From a virus (Duplodnaviria; Caudoviricetes), in the IMG/VR virus record IMGVR_UViG_3300017645_000202, positions 1 to 63,311 of that record: a DNA stretch of 63,311 bases. One strand, written 5' to 3'. Position numbers and translations under genes: made by a program. The notes beneath the pieces are model-generated. The model saw only the letters and a program-made list of their open reading frames with translations, made no database searches and had not been told where the DNA came from. This document shows positions 1 to 8,921 of this stretch, piece by piece (the first letter of the stretch is position 1; the number at the start of each line of letters is the position of its first letter).

Positions 1-408
1 TCAGCCAATTGGGCGGTCGTCTTTCGATTGCTCGACGGTGAGCGTGCGCGACGGCAGCGGCCGCGTGACGACGTAGAGTGCGGAAGCCAGCAGTACCGCC
101 GCGACGGCGGCAGCCAGCCAAAACGTCGGATGGGCGCTGACGAGGAACAAGCCGAATCCGACCGACATGCCGACGCACGCAGCAAGCTTTGCAGCGCCCG
201 ACACGGCACCGGTTTCGTTCCACGCCCGCAACGGCGGGCCGAAGCGCGGATGCCCCAGCAGCCAAGCCTCGAAGCGCGGCGAAGAGCGCGTGAAGAACCA
301 GCTCGCCATGATGAGAAAAATGGTAGTGGGCATCAGAGGCAGGAACGCGCCGATGATGCCGAGCACGACCATCAGCCATCCGAGACAGATGTAGAGGATG
401 CGCCTCAT
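1..408 (-). CDS. ybaN: YbaN/DUF454 family inner membrane protein (host gene flanking the prophage)
   Basis: [48 protein letters not shown] is the typical DUF454 pattern; start placed at ATG 408 rather than the long ORF start at 579. Confidence 0.85.
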   Translation of the reverse strand: MRRILYICLGWLMVVLGIIGAFLPLMPTTIFLIMASWFFTRSSPRFEAWLLGHPRFGPPLRAWNETGAVSGAAKLAACVGMSVGFGLFLVSAHPTFWLAAAVAAVLLASALYVVTRPLPSRTLTVEQSKDDRPIG

Positions 409-575
409 TCCTCGCCCAGTGCTCGCGCCCGTTGCATGGCCCGCTCGCCTCGCGCTTCGGCCGCCGTGCCATCCGCTCGCGGCGGCGGGCGGCCTCAGCA
501 TCCCCACGCGCCGCATGCGTGGATCGGTGCCGTCGCGACCCTCCCCGATGGTGCGGCCATTCCCCGAGAGGACAC

Positions 576-2222
576 TCAATGGCCTCGCGGGCTGCGGTAA
601 ACGCTCACCTTGTATATGGCGAAGCTGGCCGACGCCAAGGCAGCCAGAGAATGGTTGCGGGGTCCCGCTACCATCGATATAGTCGCCTCAGCTTGATCGA
701 TAGGGTCCAGCATGACGGCGAGATCGCCACGCAGCTCCATACGCATGGTACCGTCGGCTTGGGCCGGATGAACGGTAATGCTCGTTATGAGCTTCCGAAC
801 CAGAGATATAGCTTCTTGGGCGGCTTCGTCCCCACGGCTCAGAGCCTCTGAAATGCGCTCGACCTGCTCGGCATATCGACGAGCCGCCGTGGGATGCAGC
901 TGCAGAACATTTTCATCGATGGTGGATGGCGGCACACGGGCGACCAACGCATCGCGCTCCGCCTCTAGCTCCGCCAGGCGTCCGGAGACGGTCCTGGAAC
1001 TCTCGCCATCCTCAATCGCTCGCACAAGGCGCGCGATCCGCATATCCAACGCCGCGAGCTCCTTCTCTACCTGCCGTGACGCCGCTGCACGCTTTGCGGC
1101 TGTCTCTGCACGTTCTATGCGGTATGCCTCGATGGACGCGCGGACGATCTCTGGGGACCGGAGATGCTTCTGCAAGACACTAAGAACGCGGCTTTCAATT
1201 TTGTCGATATGGATGCTTTTGCGATTCGAGCAAGTTCGCTTGCTACGCGCGTCCGAGCATCCGAAACTTGATTTCGTCACGATAATCATGTTCCCGCCGC
1301 AACATCCGCACCGGATTAGTCCAGAAAGCAGATGCTTCGCCCGGCGGCGATTGTGGAGGTGCTGCCTGGCTGTCGCCATCCGCCGTTCCTGCACAGCATG
1401 GAATGTCGCCTCGTCGACGATGGCAAGTTCCGGGGCTTCTTGAACAATCCACTCGGACCGCGGATTATTGACCGGTTTGCGTTTCCCGGTCGCTGGGTCC
1501 TTCACGAAACGCTGGCGGTTGTAGACAATCTGCCCGACGTACAGCCGGCTCATTATTATGCCGTTTTCTCGCTTCGGGGACCCATTTATCGTGGATGCGT
1601 TCCACTTTCCTCCGAACGGGGCCGGTATGCCATCCCGGTTCAATCCCTCGACGATATCTAGCGGGGAACGGCCAGCGATATATTCGGCGAAGATCCGGCG
1701 CACGATGGTGGCTTCCGCCTCGTTGATGGTGCGCAGTCCCTTTTCCTCACCTTTCACGACGTCATAGCCATACAGCTTTCCGCCCGGGACACGGCCCGCC
1801 TTCAGGCGGCCGATGTGCCCGCGCCGGGTTTTGAGCGCGAGGTTCTCAAGGAACATGTTGGCCATCAGCCCCTTGAGGCCGACTTGCATCGTCCCGACTT
1901 CGCCGTCAGCCAGGGTGATGATCTTCACGCCCCAACTGCGGAGCCGCTTATAGAGGCCGGCGCTGTCTTCCAAATCGCGGGACAGCCGGTCGATATCCTC
2001 GGCCAGAACCGCATCGAACTGCTTGTTCTGGGCCGCTACCATGAGATCGAGCAATCCCGGCCGGTTGTGCAGGGACGAACCTGAAATCGCGGCGTCTGAA
2101 TACTCTGCCACTACAGCCCAGCCTTCGCGCTGGGCCCGCTCACGACACAGGGCGGTTTGGTCCGTTATTGATCGCGCGTCCTGCAGATCGGACGAGAAAC
2201 GCGCGTAGATGGCGCAACGCAT
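576..2222 (-). CDS. Large serine recombinase (phage integrase)
   Basis: N-terminal AIYARFSS catalytic Ser motif, DRLSR, recombinase domain, [12 protein letters not shown] zinc ribbon, coiled coil. Confidence 0.95.
   Translation of the reverse strand: MRCAIYARFSSDLQDARSITDQTALCRERAQREGWAVVAEYSDAAISGSSLHNRPGLLDLMVAAQNKQFDAVLAEDIDRLSRDLEDSAGLYKRLRSWGVKIITLADGEVGTMQVGLKGLMANMFLENLALKTRRGHIGRLKAGRVPGGKLYGYDVVKGEEKGLRTINEAEATIVRRIFAEYIAGRSPLDIVEGLNRDGIPAPFGGKWNASTINGSPKRENGIIMSRLYVGQIVYNRQRFVKDPATGKRKPVNNPRSEWIVQEAPELAIVDEATFHAVQERRMATARQHLHNRRRAKHLLSGLIRCGCCGGNMIIVTKSSFGCSDARSKRTCSNRKSIHIDKIESRVLSVLQKHLRSPEIVRASIEAYRIERAETAAKRAAASRQVEKELAALDMRIARLVRAIEDGESSRTVSGRLAELEAERDALVARVPPSTIDENVLQLHPTAARRYAEQVERISEALSRGDEAAQEAISLVRKLITSITVHPAQADGTMRMELRGDLAVMLDPIDQAEATISMVAGPRNHSLAALASASFAIYKVSVYRSPRGH
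651..674. other. Candidate left attachment site (imperfect palindrome inside the integrase 3' end)
   Basis: ATGGTTGCGGG-GT-CCCGCTACCAT: 11-bp arms with 1 mismatch around a 2-bp centre; minus strand contains CCCCGCAACCA, matching an initiator tRNA-Met 3' end. Confidence 0.6.
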
Positions 2223-2368
2223 GACCTGTCTCCAGCGGCGTCGGCTTCCTGCTGCCGCTCGGCCGCATCATCGTCGCGGGCTGCCTGCCGTGCAAGCGCG
2301 CACCCGATCTTGATGAGAATCGCGTGGATGCCTGGTGGGTTGGCCTGTGGGCGTGGGGCCGACATCAT
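2165..2368 (-). CDS. Small integrase-adjacent protein (LARQAAR motif)
   Basis: ATG with GGAGG RBS; MMSAPRPQANPPGIHAILIKIGCALARQAARDDDAA; overlaps the integrase start. Confidence 0.5.
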   Translation of the reverse strand: MMSAPRPQANPPGIHAILIKIGCALARQAARDDDAAERQQEADAAGDRSCVAPSTRVSRPICRTRDQ

Positions 2369-2538
2369 GCCTCCGCTTGTGCAGGCGGACGCGCGGATCG
2401 GGTGCGTGGCGCCCGCCGGCAGGGCCGGAACAGGCGGGCGACGGCCCATTCTGAGACGCCGACCCAGGCGGCCACCTCTTTGACGCTCGCGCGCTGGGCG
2501 AGCAGCGCCATGCAGTCGGATTCCTGCTCGGCGGTCAT
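2365..2538 (-). CDS. Small HTH protein (57 aa), excisionase/RDF candidate
   Basis: Translated by hand (below track cutoff): MTAEQESDCMALLAQRASVKEVAAWVGVSEWAVARLF; ATGA overlaps on both sides. Confidence 0.6.
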   Translation of the reverse strand: MTAEQESDCMALLAQRASVKEVAAWVGVSEWAVARLFRPCRRAPRTRSARPPAQAEA

Positions 2539-3722
2539 GCCTCGGCGACCTCCCGCGAGCGCTGGGTGGCCGTGGTGGGGCGGGCACCTGGCATGCCGTT
2601 GTGCTCGACGCCATCCAGCAGGCGACCTGCGCGCTTCTTGCCGACGCGGACCATCGCGATCGCAGTTTCGTCGCTGACACCATCTGAGCGGCGGCAGCTC
2701 GGACCATTGACCAATCCGTCGGCGTGGACCCAGTTAGCGCCGTTTGTTGCCATCGAACTGTCGTAGTGGCCGTTCGCGTGCGAGGCGATCTCCCAATCCC
2801 CCCACTGCTTGAAGAAGAACGGGACGCCGGCGGCGGCGCACTGGTCGCGGACCGATCGCGCCCAGTCTGGATGCATCGGGCGGGCGCCGGCCTGGCTCTC
2901 ACCGCCGACGATGACCCAGTCCAGATGGACTGGCGGAATGTCCGGTGGTCCGGCCGGGCTGTCGACATCCCAGTCACCAACATACGGCATGCCGCTTTCG
3001 AAGTATCGGCCGGCTAGCGCATCGAGGTGGATGCCGGCGCGATACGAACCGGGTTTCTGCGGCACAAGGCAGACATAAGTGAGATCGATCGGCCCGAGCA
3101 GCGGCTCGAGAGAAACAAAGCGCACTGCCGCCGGCGTCGCCAGCAGATCGGGGATGCGCGCGTCGGCCTCCTGCTGGCGCTCGGCCGAGACGCCGAGCCA
3201 GACGTTGGAGAGGGGCCAGTCGACGTCTTCGAAAGCTCCGGCTGCGCACGGCGAGTCTGTCAGTTCCACGCACAAGCGGCCGAAGCGCTCGTCCATGCTA
3301 TCGGGACTAGCGTGGAAGGTGTCGACCACGACAGACATGTACGCTCGCATCCGTGCCGACCTCTTCGTCAGCACTTGAAACGTATGCTGCGGGCACAGCG
3401 CCATCACTGCGAACACCTGGTCGATCCATGCATCCGGCACGGACTCGTGGAACAGGTCGCCGTGCGCGCAGACGAAGATCATGCGCGGGCGCTTCCACTT
3501 CAGCGGCTCGAGCAGCGCCTTCTCGTTGAAGCGGACTTCGCCCGTCCATACCGGCCCGGTCTTTGACGGCTTGGTGAGGCCGGCGCGCGTCGGATGGTTC
3601 TTGAGGCGCGTGCCGGCGAGCCGCATGGCATAGCAGTTGGTGCAACCGGGGGAGATGATGGTGCAGCCGGTGACCGGGTTCCACGTCGCGTCGGTCCATT
3701 CGATGGTGGAGTGCTCAGCCAT
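2535..3722 (-). CDS. DUF5131 / phage Gp37-Gp68 family protein (three-Cys, radical-SAM-like)
   Basis: STIEWTDATWNPVTGCTIISPGCTNCYA, DLFHE, QVLTKR, SLEPLLG, WVIVGGES, FFFKQWG motifs. Confidence 0.92.
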   Translation of the reverse strand: MAEHSTIEWTDATWNPVTGCTIISPGCTNCYAMRLAGTRLKNHPTRAGLTKPSKTGPVWTGEVRFNEKALLEPLKWKRPRMIFVCAHGDLFHESVPDAWIDQVFAVMALCPQHTFQVLTKRSARMRAYMSVVVDTFHASPDSMDERFGRLCVELTDSPCAAGAFEDVDWPLSNVWLGVSAERQQEADARIPDLLATPAAVRFVSLEPLLGPIDLTYVCLVPQKPGSYRAGIHLDALAGRYFESGMPYVGDWDVDSPAGPPDIPPVHLDWVIVGGESQAGARPMHPDWARSVRDQCAAAGVPFFFKQWGDWEIASHANGHYDSSMATNGANWVHADGLVNGPSCRRSDGVSDETAIAMVRVGKKRAGRLLDGVEHNGMPGARPTTATQRSREVAEA

Positions 3723-5142
3723 TGGCAGTGCCTCCATCGGTGCCGATACGCTGGAAGCGGGGGAGGATGGAACTGGCACGCAATACCGCCACAAAGGTCT
3801 CATCGAGATTGAGGACTGCATGCCCCTTCCAAGCGCGTTCCAGCCCATCGAACGAATGCAGTGCGTCCGCTAGCGCCTCCACGATCTCCTGCACTGGTGG
3901 GCTGGAGAGCACGGCACGGGCGATGCGCTCGGCGTCGCGCTCCATGAGGCGCGGAGCCACCTTCAAAATCGCGACTGCCACTTCCTCCACCACATCATCG
4001 CTTGCGGTGGATGCAGCGGGGCCTGACTTGGCGAGGAAGTATTCGTGCAACCGCAGCCTAAAATCCGAAAGTTGGCTGAACACAAGCGAGCTTAGGCTCT
4101 CCGACGCATCACACAGCGAACTGTCGATGATCTCGGCGCGGCACCTATCGAATGCGGCCAGTAGCTGCGAGTCCTCGCAGCCTGCGGTGGGTGCAGCGGG
4201 GCCGGTTCCCTTAAGAGCGCAGGAAACACTGCTGCCGTCTTGACCGGCGACGGCCCCACGCTCTCGCTGCAATTTCTTGATCTGCTGTTTGATGCTCTCA
4301 GCAGTGATGACGTCCTCTGGGCCCCCATCTGCGAGCATTCGCTCAAGCGATGCGATATTGGCCGCGACGTAGACATCCCCGCCACCGACAGCCTCAGCCG
4401 CTGGCGGTGTGGGTGATGCTGCGAGCATGGCGCTGTAGCAGGCTCGGAAGAACGACTGCGAACTTGATGCGATTTTCGCTGCCGTCGCTGCGTCGGCCTC
4501 TGCTTCCGTCCCGCCAACGGCGATATATCCAGCGCGAAGCGAAGCGTAGATCATTTCCGGCGTCGGCTCTTTCGGCACCAACCGCCAGCCGTCAGGAGTG
4601 GGGTTTTTACTGAGGTCAGTAAAAACTCCGGGGACGCTCGTCTCTGCTCTTACCTGTGCTTGTGGCCCCGTGGATCGTGCTGCGAGCCGCGTAAAGTGTT
4701 CGATCTGATAGACCGGCACGTGGACGGTGTAGCCGTCCGCCGTACGGCTGTAGTCGTTCAACCACGTCGCGAGCCGAGCGCGATAATCGTCCCGCTCTGC
4801 CTCTAGCTCTGAGACGCGGGAGCGGAGAGATTGTATGTCGCAGCTCTGCTTCAGAGATCCGAGAATGAGCCTGCGCCACTCAGACGGCAGCGAATGGGGC
4901 CACCATCCTGGAACTAGCCGAAAGTTTTCGCCCTCGTCTGCGCTGCCAACCTGCTTGATCAACCCGCTATCGATGCAGAGATTGATCGTGTCGGGGCCTT
5001 GGCCCCTATCGTCGGCGAAATCGTCAATGCGAGGGTCTTCCGTGCTGAGGCCAGCAACCGCGAACACCATGCAAATTAAACGATGGCACTTGTCATCCAG
5101 CCGCTCGATCAGCTTGTCGATGTCCTCAGCCATTGGTGTCAC
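3715..5142 (-). CDS. Hypothetical mosaic early phage protein
   Basis: Long ORF coupled to its neighbours; contains the GWRLVPKEPTPEM segment common in Eaa/Ea22-like early proteins. Confidence 0.65.
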   Translation of the reverse strand: MTPMAEDIDKLIERLDDKCHRLICMVFAVAGLSTEDPRIDDFADDRGQGPDTINLCIDSGLIKQVGSADEGENFRLVPGWWPHSLPSEWRRLILGSLKQSCDIQSLRSRVSELEAERDDYRARLATWLNDYSRTADGYTVHVPVYQIEHFTRLAARSTGPQAQVRAETSVPGVFTDLSKNPTPDGWRLVPKEPTPEMIYASLRAGYIAVGGTEAEADAATAAKIASSSQSFFRACYSAMLAASPTPPAAEAVGGGDVYVAANIASLERMLADGGPEDVITAESIKQQIKKLQRERGAVAGQDGSSVSCALKGTGPAAPTAGCEDSQLLAAFDRCRAEIIDSSLCDASESLSSLVFSQLSDFRLRLHEYFLAKSGPAASTASDDVVEEVAVAILKVAPRLMERDAERIARAVLSSPPVQEIVEALADALHSFDGLERAWKGHAVLNLDETFVAVLRASSILPRFQRIGTDGGTANG

Positions 5143-5366
5143 TCCGTGATCAGAGGCTCAATCCCAGCGTCGCGTAATTGCTGGCGCAGGATGTCTCTGC
5201 CAAGCCGAGCAGCATCCCGTTCTTTGGTGAGGCGGTCGATCTCGTCGGCTGCTTCGAGTTCGATTGGCGATGGATATGCTTCATAGGTTTCCAAGACGCC
5301 GGCGCTGTTGAATTGCGATATTTTGCAAGGCGCGCGCAGCCGCTCTGCGATGCTCTGCTCAGCCAT
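5139..5366 (-). CDS. Hypothetical phage protein
   Basis: IAERLR...EAADEIDRL pattern of small early phage ORFs; overlapping start and stop codons. Confidence 0.7.
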   Translation of the reverse strand: MAEQSIAERLRAPCKISQFNSAGVLETYEAYPSPIELEAADEIDRLTKERDAARLGRDILRQQLRDAGIEPLITE

Positions 5367-5880
5367 GACCGCCTCCGTTAGAGGTGGGAGGGGCGATGCG
5401 GTAGCACTTGGCAGAGGCGTCGTAGGTCATTAGGCCGGGGAAGCGCGCTTTGATCAGATTAAGGTCCGCGCTCGCCTGCGGGACGCTGACCTCGCCGAGT
5501 CGCTGGATGTCAGCGCGGTTGAGAGAGCCGGTTGCCTTGAGATGGCGGATGGCGGCATGCAGTCTGTGGCGCACCTGCAAACGCAGCCCTGCCAACGGAT
5601 CTTCGGTACGCGCCTTGCGCGGTGCAGGCAATTCCTCCATCGAAATCCACTCGCCGCCGTCGTTGACCCAGATGTCGTCATCCCAGGTGAGTTCGATCAC
5701 CGTGTATTTGGTGCCGACGGGACGGCAGGCGATCAGTTCGCGAAGGAAGATGCGCACACGATCATAATCAAAGAACGCGCCTTTCTTCTCGGGAACGCGG
5801 CCTGGCTCGTGCACAAGAATGAACGCGCGCTTCACGCAGCTGTCGTCGAACATGCGCTCCGCGCTCTTTGCCTGTGTCAT
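5359..5880 (-). CDS. Protein with C-terminal CapW/BrxR-type winged helix and no WYL domain
   Basis: RL...GSLNRADI...VSVPQASADL...PGLMTYDASAKCYR resembles the N-terminal wHTH of CapW/BrxR regulators. Confidence 0.7.
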   Translation of the reverse strand: MTQAKSAERMFDDSCVKRAFILVHEPGRVPEKKGAFFDYDRVRIFLRELIACRPVGTKYTVIELTWDDDIWVNDGGEWISMEELPAPRKARTEDPLAGLRLQVRHRLHAAIRHLKATGSLNRADIQRLGEVSVPQASADLNLIKARFPGLMTYDASAKCYRIAPPTSNGGGHG

Positions 5881-6236
5881 GGCGTGGCCTCCCTACGCTG
5901 GGAGATTTTCGGGCCGTGGAACTCCAGCGCAGCGATATCCAGTCGTTCTATTTCCGCGATGATGAGCGCGGCAGCTCGCACGAGGTCGCGGCGTCGTGTC
6001 TTTGGCTTCCACCACGACCAGTCCCATGGCCACATGACACAGCCGTTGATCTTCGCTGTAGCCAGCGCGTAGCAAGCGGCGGCCTTCGCCAACTCGCCGT
6101 CGGCGTGCTGCGCGTCGTGTTCGGGCGTCCAGCCTTCAATCTGTTTTTGGCGCTCACGCTCGTATTGGACATCGGCTATCACGCTCGCCGTCATATGCAG
6201 TTTCCAGACCGCCCCATCTGCTGATGGCTTATCCAT
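5877..6236 (-). CDS. Conserved phage protein, probable MazG-like all-alpha fold
   Basis: ERERQKQIEGWTPEHD...AAACYA...WPWDWSWWKPK..RRDLVRAAALIIAEIERLD, a widespread phage family; fold is inferred. Confidence 0.6.
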   Translation of the reverse strand: MDKPSADGAVWKLHMTASVIADVQYERERQKQIEGWTPEHDAQHADGELAKAAACYALATAKINGCVMWPWDWSWWKPKTRRRDLVRAAALIIAEIERLDIAALEFHGPKISQRREATP

Positions 6237-6248
6237 GGGTGGCTCCCT

Positions 6249-6518
6249 TCAATGACAGGTTGAGCAGACGAGGCCGGGGCGCTTCATGCTCGCCATTACC
6301 TCGGCCGCAGTGGCTTCGGCTTGTTCCCCGGTTTCGGCATCAAGTTCGTCGAGATAAACGGTGACGGAGCCCGGCTCATCGACGAGCGAGATTTCCACGC
6401 TGTCCATATCGCGCTCGCTCAAACCGTATTCGACCATGTAGGCGGTGCGCGCCTGCTGCTCGTCGTCGGCCGCAATCCAATCCGTCTCGGCTGACGTTGA
6501 TATGGCGTACAGCTTCAT
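6249..6518 (-). CDS. Hypothetical acidic protein
   Basis: ATG 6518 overlapping the upstream stop; MKLYAISTSAETDWIAADDEQQA. Confidence 0.65.
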   Translation of the reverse strand: MKLYAISTSAETDWIAADDEQQARTAYMVEYGLSERDMDSVEISLVDEPGSVTVYLDELDAETGEQAEATAAEVMASMKRPGLVCSTCH

Positions 6519-6730
6519 CGTCCCTGCTCCTTGGCTTGTGCGATGAGTGCGCGGTACTCGGCATCCGTCAGACATTTGACGGCGAGCCCGCGCCGGACCC
6601 AGTCGGCAATGATTTCGGCGGTTTGCTCTTCGCACCCGGCATCGTCGCAGCACATGGCGCGCATGGAGCCATCGCTCTTTCGAATGGCGACGTAGATGAG
6701 CGCTTCCGCGTCCGTGAGGTCAGCCTGCAT
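6515..6730 (-). CDS. Hypothetical protein
   Basis: GGAGGGG RBS; coupled within the operon. Confidence 0.65.
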   Translation of the reverse strand: MQADLTDAEALIYVAIRKSDGSMRAMCCDDAGCEEQTAEIIADWVRRGLAVKCLTDAEYRALIAQAKEQGR

Positions 6731-6992
6731 CTACCCCTCCTGTGGCTCGGGAGAGGGCTGCATCGCGCTCCACCATCGCCTGCTTGAGATACACGGCGAG
6801 ATCGAGCGCCTCGGCGTAGGCATCGGCCAGCGCATCGCGGCCGTTGTGCGCCTGCAGCGGCGTGCCATAGCGCGCGCGGCCCACCTGGTCGCGCTCGCGC
6901 ATGTCGGCGATGACGAGCTCCCAGACGGGCACCGAACCGTTCGCCACCGGCGGCGGCTGGTCGATCGATGATGTGGTGCTCTGCTTCGTCAT
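6720..6992 (-). CDS. MazG/dNTP pyrophosphohydrolase-like phage protein
   Basis: RDQVGRARYGTPL..HNGRDALADAYAEALDLAVYL fits the R..G..(K/R)YG...E..D...Y pattern of all-alpha NTP-PPases. Confidence 0.6.
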   Translation of the reverse strand: MTKQSTTSSIDQPPPVANGSVPVWELVIADMRERDQVGRARYGTPLQAHNGRDALADAYAEALDLAVYLKQAMVERDAALSRATGGVDAG

Positions 6993-7195
6993 CGGATCAA
7001 TCCCCGGTCGCGCGCCAGCCATTCCGGCATGCTGATCTCGCCGGCACCGTCGATGCTCACCTGCCCTGCCGGCAGTACGACGCGCCGGGCCGCTGGGCAT
7101 TTCGTGCGGATGACGAGCGCGTGACCGCTGATGCTGACGATTTCGCACGCGATGCCGGTGCGCTCGGCGGTGATGTCGATCGCGGCCATGCTCAT
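6989..7195 (-). CDS. Small conserved phage protein
   Basis: C-terminal ISMPEWLARDRGLI motif; coupled ORF. Confidence 0.65.
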   Translation of the reverse strand: MSMAAIDITAERTGIACEIVSISGHALVIRTKCPAARRVVLPAGQVSIDGAGEISMPEWLARDRGLIR

Positions 7196-7632
7196 GCGCG
7201 GATCCTCACCACCTTGGGCGGACCGTTCGCGAACGGTTCGTCAGCGGGCACCAGCTCATCGCCGACGTGCGCGAACAGCACGTAGCCGGGACCTTCGGCG
7301 ATGACGATATCGAGCAGCGCCGGCCCGATGCGCGCCACCTGAAAGCCGCAGATGGTTTGCGTGAGCACCGGATCGCGCGGCGGCAGCTTGTCCTCGAAGA
7401 AACCTTTCGCCTCATAGAAGGCCTGGCGTGGCGTATCGCCGGCGCCCCAGATGCCGCTGGTGTCGAAGACGGCCCACCTTTTTGCTGACACGGGCGGAAG
7501 CGTCGAAACATTCGACGGAGGTTCAGCGAGCGGATGGCCGGCGCTCGCGCCGGGCGCCGTTGGCGCCTGAGCACCTTCGGTGCTGGGAGCGAGAGAGGCG
7601 GTGGCCGCGCGCGTGTCGTCAATTGGCGGCAT
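7192..7632 (-). CDS. Hypothetical protein
   Basis: ATG 7632 with GGAGG upstream; low-complexity N-terminus followed by a globular part. Confidence 0.55.
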   Translation of the reverse strand: MPPIDDTRAATASLAPSTEGAQAPTAPGASAGHPLAEPPSNVSTLPPVSAKRWAVFDTSGIWGAGDTPRQAFYEAKGFFEDKLPPRDPVLTQTICGFQVARIGPALLDIVIAEGPGYVLFAHVGDELVPADEPFANGPPKVVRIRA

Positions 7633-8059
7633 GGTGGGCCTCCGTGGCTGCGGCGGCGCGCTGGGCGCGGGCGGCGTCCAGCATGCGGATGCGTGCGCGG
7701 GCGCGGGCCCGGGATTGGGCATCGATGGCGCCGGCGTTGTTACCGTCGAGGTCGTGCCGGTTGCGGCCGAGCACGATGCGGCGCAGGTAGGCGCGCGTTG
7801 CCGTGTAGCGTCCCAGGCAATCGCGCAGGCGCTGTGCGTCGGCGCCGGGATAGCGGGCGAGCAGGTCGTAGTAGATGCCGATTTTGAGCGCGCGCGGGCG
7901 CGTGCCGTAGAACACGTCTGGCAGTGCGCGCGGGTCGCAGCGCAGGATCGCGCCCAGCTCGACACGCGCCGTGTGCATGGTGATGTGGTGGTCGGATGCG
8001 CCGGCCGCTGCGTGCTGCGTGCCGAATGCGTGGTGCGTTGCCGTGCTCGTCGTGGTCAT
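7619..8059 (-). CDS. proQ: ProQ/FinO-domain RNA chaperone
   Basis: PRALKIGIYYDLLARYP...LGRYT...YL..IVLG..RHDLDG...GAI are the FinO-domain signature motifs (LKIGI, Y..YL, R.DLDG). Confidence 0.88.
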   Translation of the reverse strand: MTTTSTATHHAFGTQHAAAGASDHHITMHTARVELGAILRCDPRALPDVFYGTRPRALKIGIYYDLLARYPGADAQRLRDCLGRYTATRAYLRRIVLGRNRHDLDGNNAGAIDAQSRARARARIRMLDAARAQRAAAATEAHHAAN

Positions 8060-8136
8060 CGATTCGTGCCCCCTAATCTGCGGGGCGCGGACGGCGGCCG
8101 GGAGGAATGCGCCGCGCCCACGCCCCGCAATGTCCC

Positions 8137-8424
8137 TCAGCCCCCGCTGCGGGAGTGTGCTGCGGCTGGCGCCGCCAACGTGCCGGCAAGCCGGCGTTCG
8201 ACGTCGTCGAGTTTCGCGAGCGCAAGGATGCCGCGCTGCTGTGCGTCGCGTGTGTGCTCGCGCTCGCGCCATGGCAGACGCGCGCCCTGGTCGTGGCGCT
8301 TGGCAACGAGCAGAAGAGCCTCGAGGGTGCCGCGCAGCTCGTCGCGCAGGGCGAACAGCGCGTGGCGCGCGTCGGCCTCTCGTCCCTCCGGGGTGCCGGC
8401 ATAGGCGCGCATGGCGCGCTCCAT
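8137..8424 (-). CDS. Hypothetical protein
   Basis: Helical-looking ORF in the leftward operon; start uncertain. Confidence 0.45.
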   Translation of the reverse strand: MERAMRAYAGTPEGREADARHALFALRDELRGTLEALLLVAKRHDQGARLPWREREHTRDAQQRGILALAKLDDVERRLAGTLAAPAAAHSRSGG

Positions 8425-8456
8425 TTCATCGCCGGAGGTGTCGCGTGACACGCCCA

Positions 8457-8786
8457 TTATCGCGACCTTCCGCGGTCGCTGGCTTCCTTGGCGGCCTGGA
8501 TGCGCTGGGCGCATTCGGTGCTGGAAGAGGGGCCGCCGGCGGCGGCAAGGGCATGAAAGACGACGTCGAGATCTGCCGTATGGGCAATCTCAGACAGCAT
8601 TTGTCTGGCTGCTGGTTCGGAAAGATCCGCTGCATCCACCGTTACGTGGTGCAGTTGTTCGAATTCTTTTGCGGCGAGCAGAACCCGGAAGGCGATATTG
8701 GCGCAGATTAACTCTGATGGCGGATAGACCGGTGGTCTCTCGCTACCCTTTGGTCCGACCTCGAAAATAAATGCTAGCTTCGACAT
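8457..8786 (-). CDS. Hypothetical protein (first gene of the leftward early operon)
   Basis: ORF directly downstream of the OL-like site. Confidence 0.5.
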   Translation of the reverse strand: MSKLAFIFEVGPKGSERPPVYPPSELICANIAFRVLLAAKEFEQLHHVTVDAADLSEPAARQMLSEIAHTADLDVVFHALAAAGGPSSSTECAQRIQAAKEASDRGRSR

Positions 8787-8825
8787 CGCAAATACACCCC
8801 AAACCGGAACGTCCCACATCGACGT

Positions 8826-8865
8826 GTAGGACAAATCCAACGTTCGGGCAATGGATTTGTTGGAT
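8826..8865. promoter_or_regulatory. OL-like operator region
   Basis: GTAGGAC-AA-ATCCAAC and GTTGGAT half-site are variants of the 9632-9647 palindrome. Confidence 0.55.
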
Positions 8866-8921
8866 GCGCTGACCCCAGGCGACGTTCCGGTCAGGAAATC
8901 CCCAGTGGATTACCGCGTAAG

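Noticed and set aside
409-579. N-terminal extension of the YbaN ORF
   Set aside because: Low-complexity translation upstream of the family-typical start; probably non-coding.
652-662. Intact tRNA gene at the left junction
   Set aside because: Only the last 11 nt resemble tRNA-fMet; the sequence upstream on that strand is integrase coding sequence.
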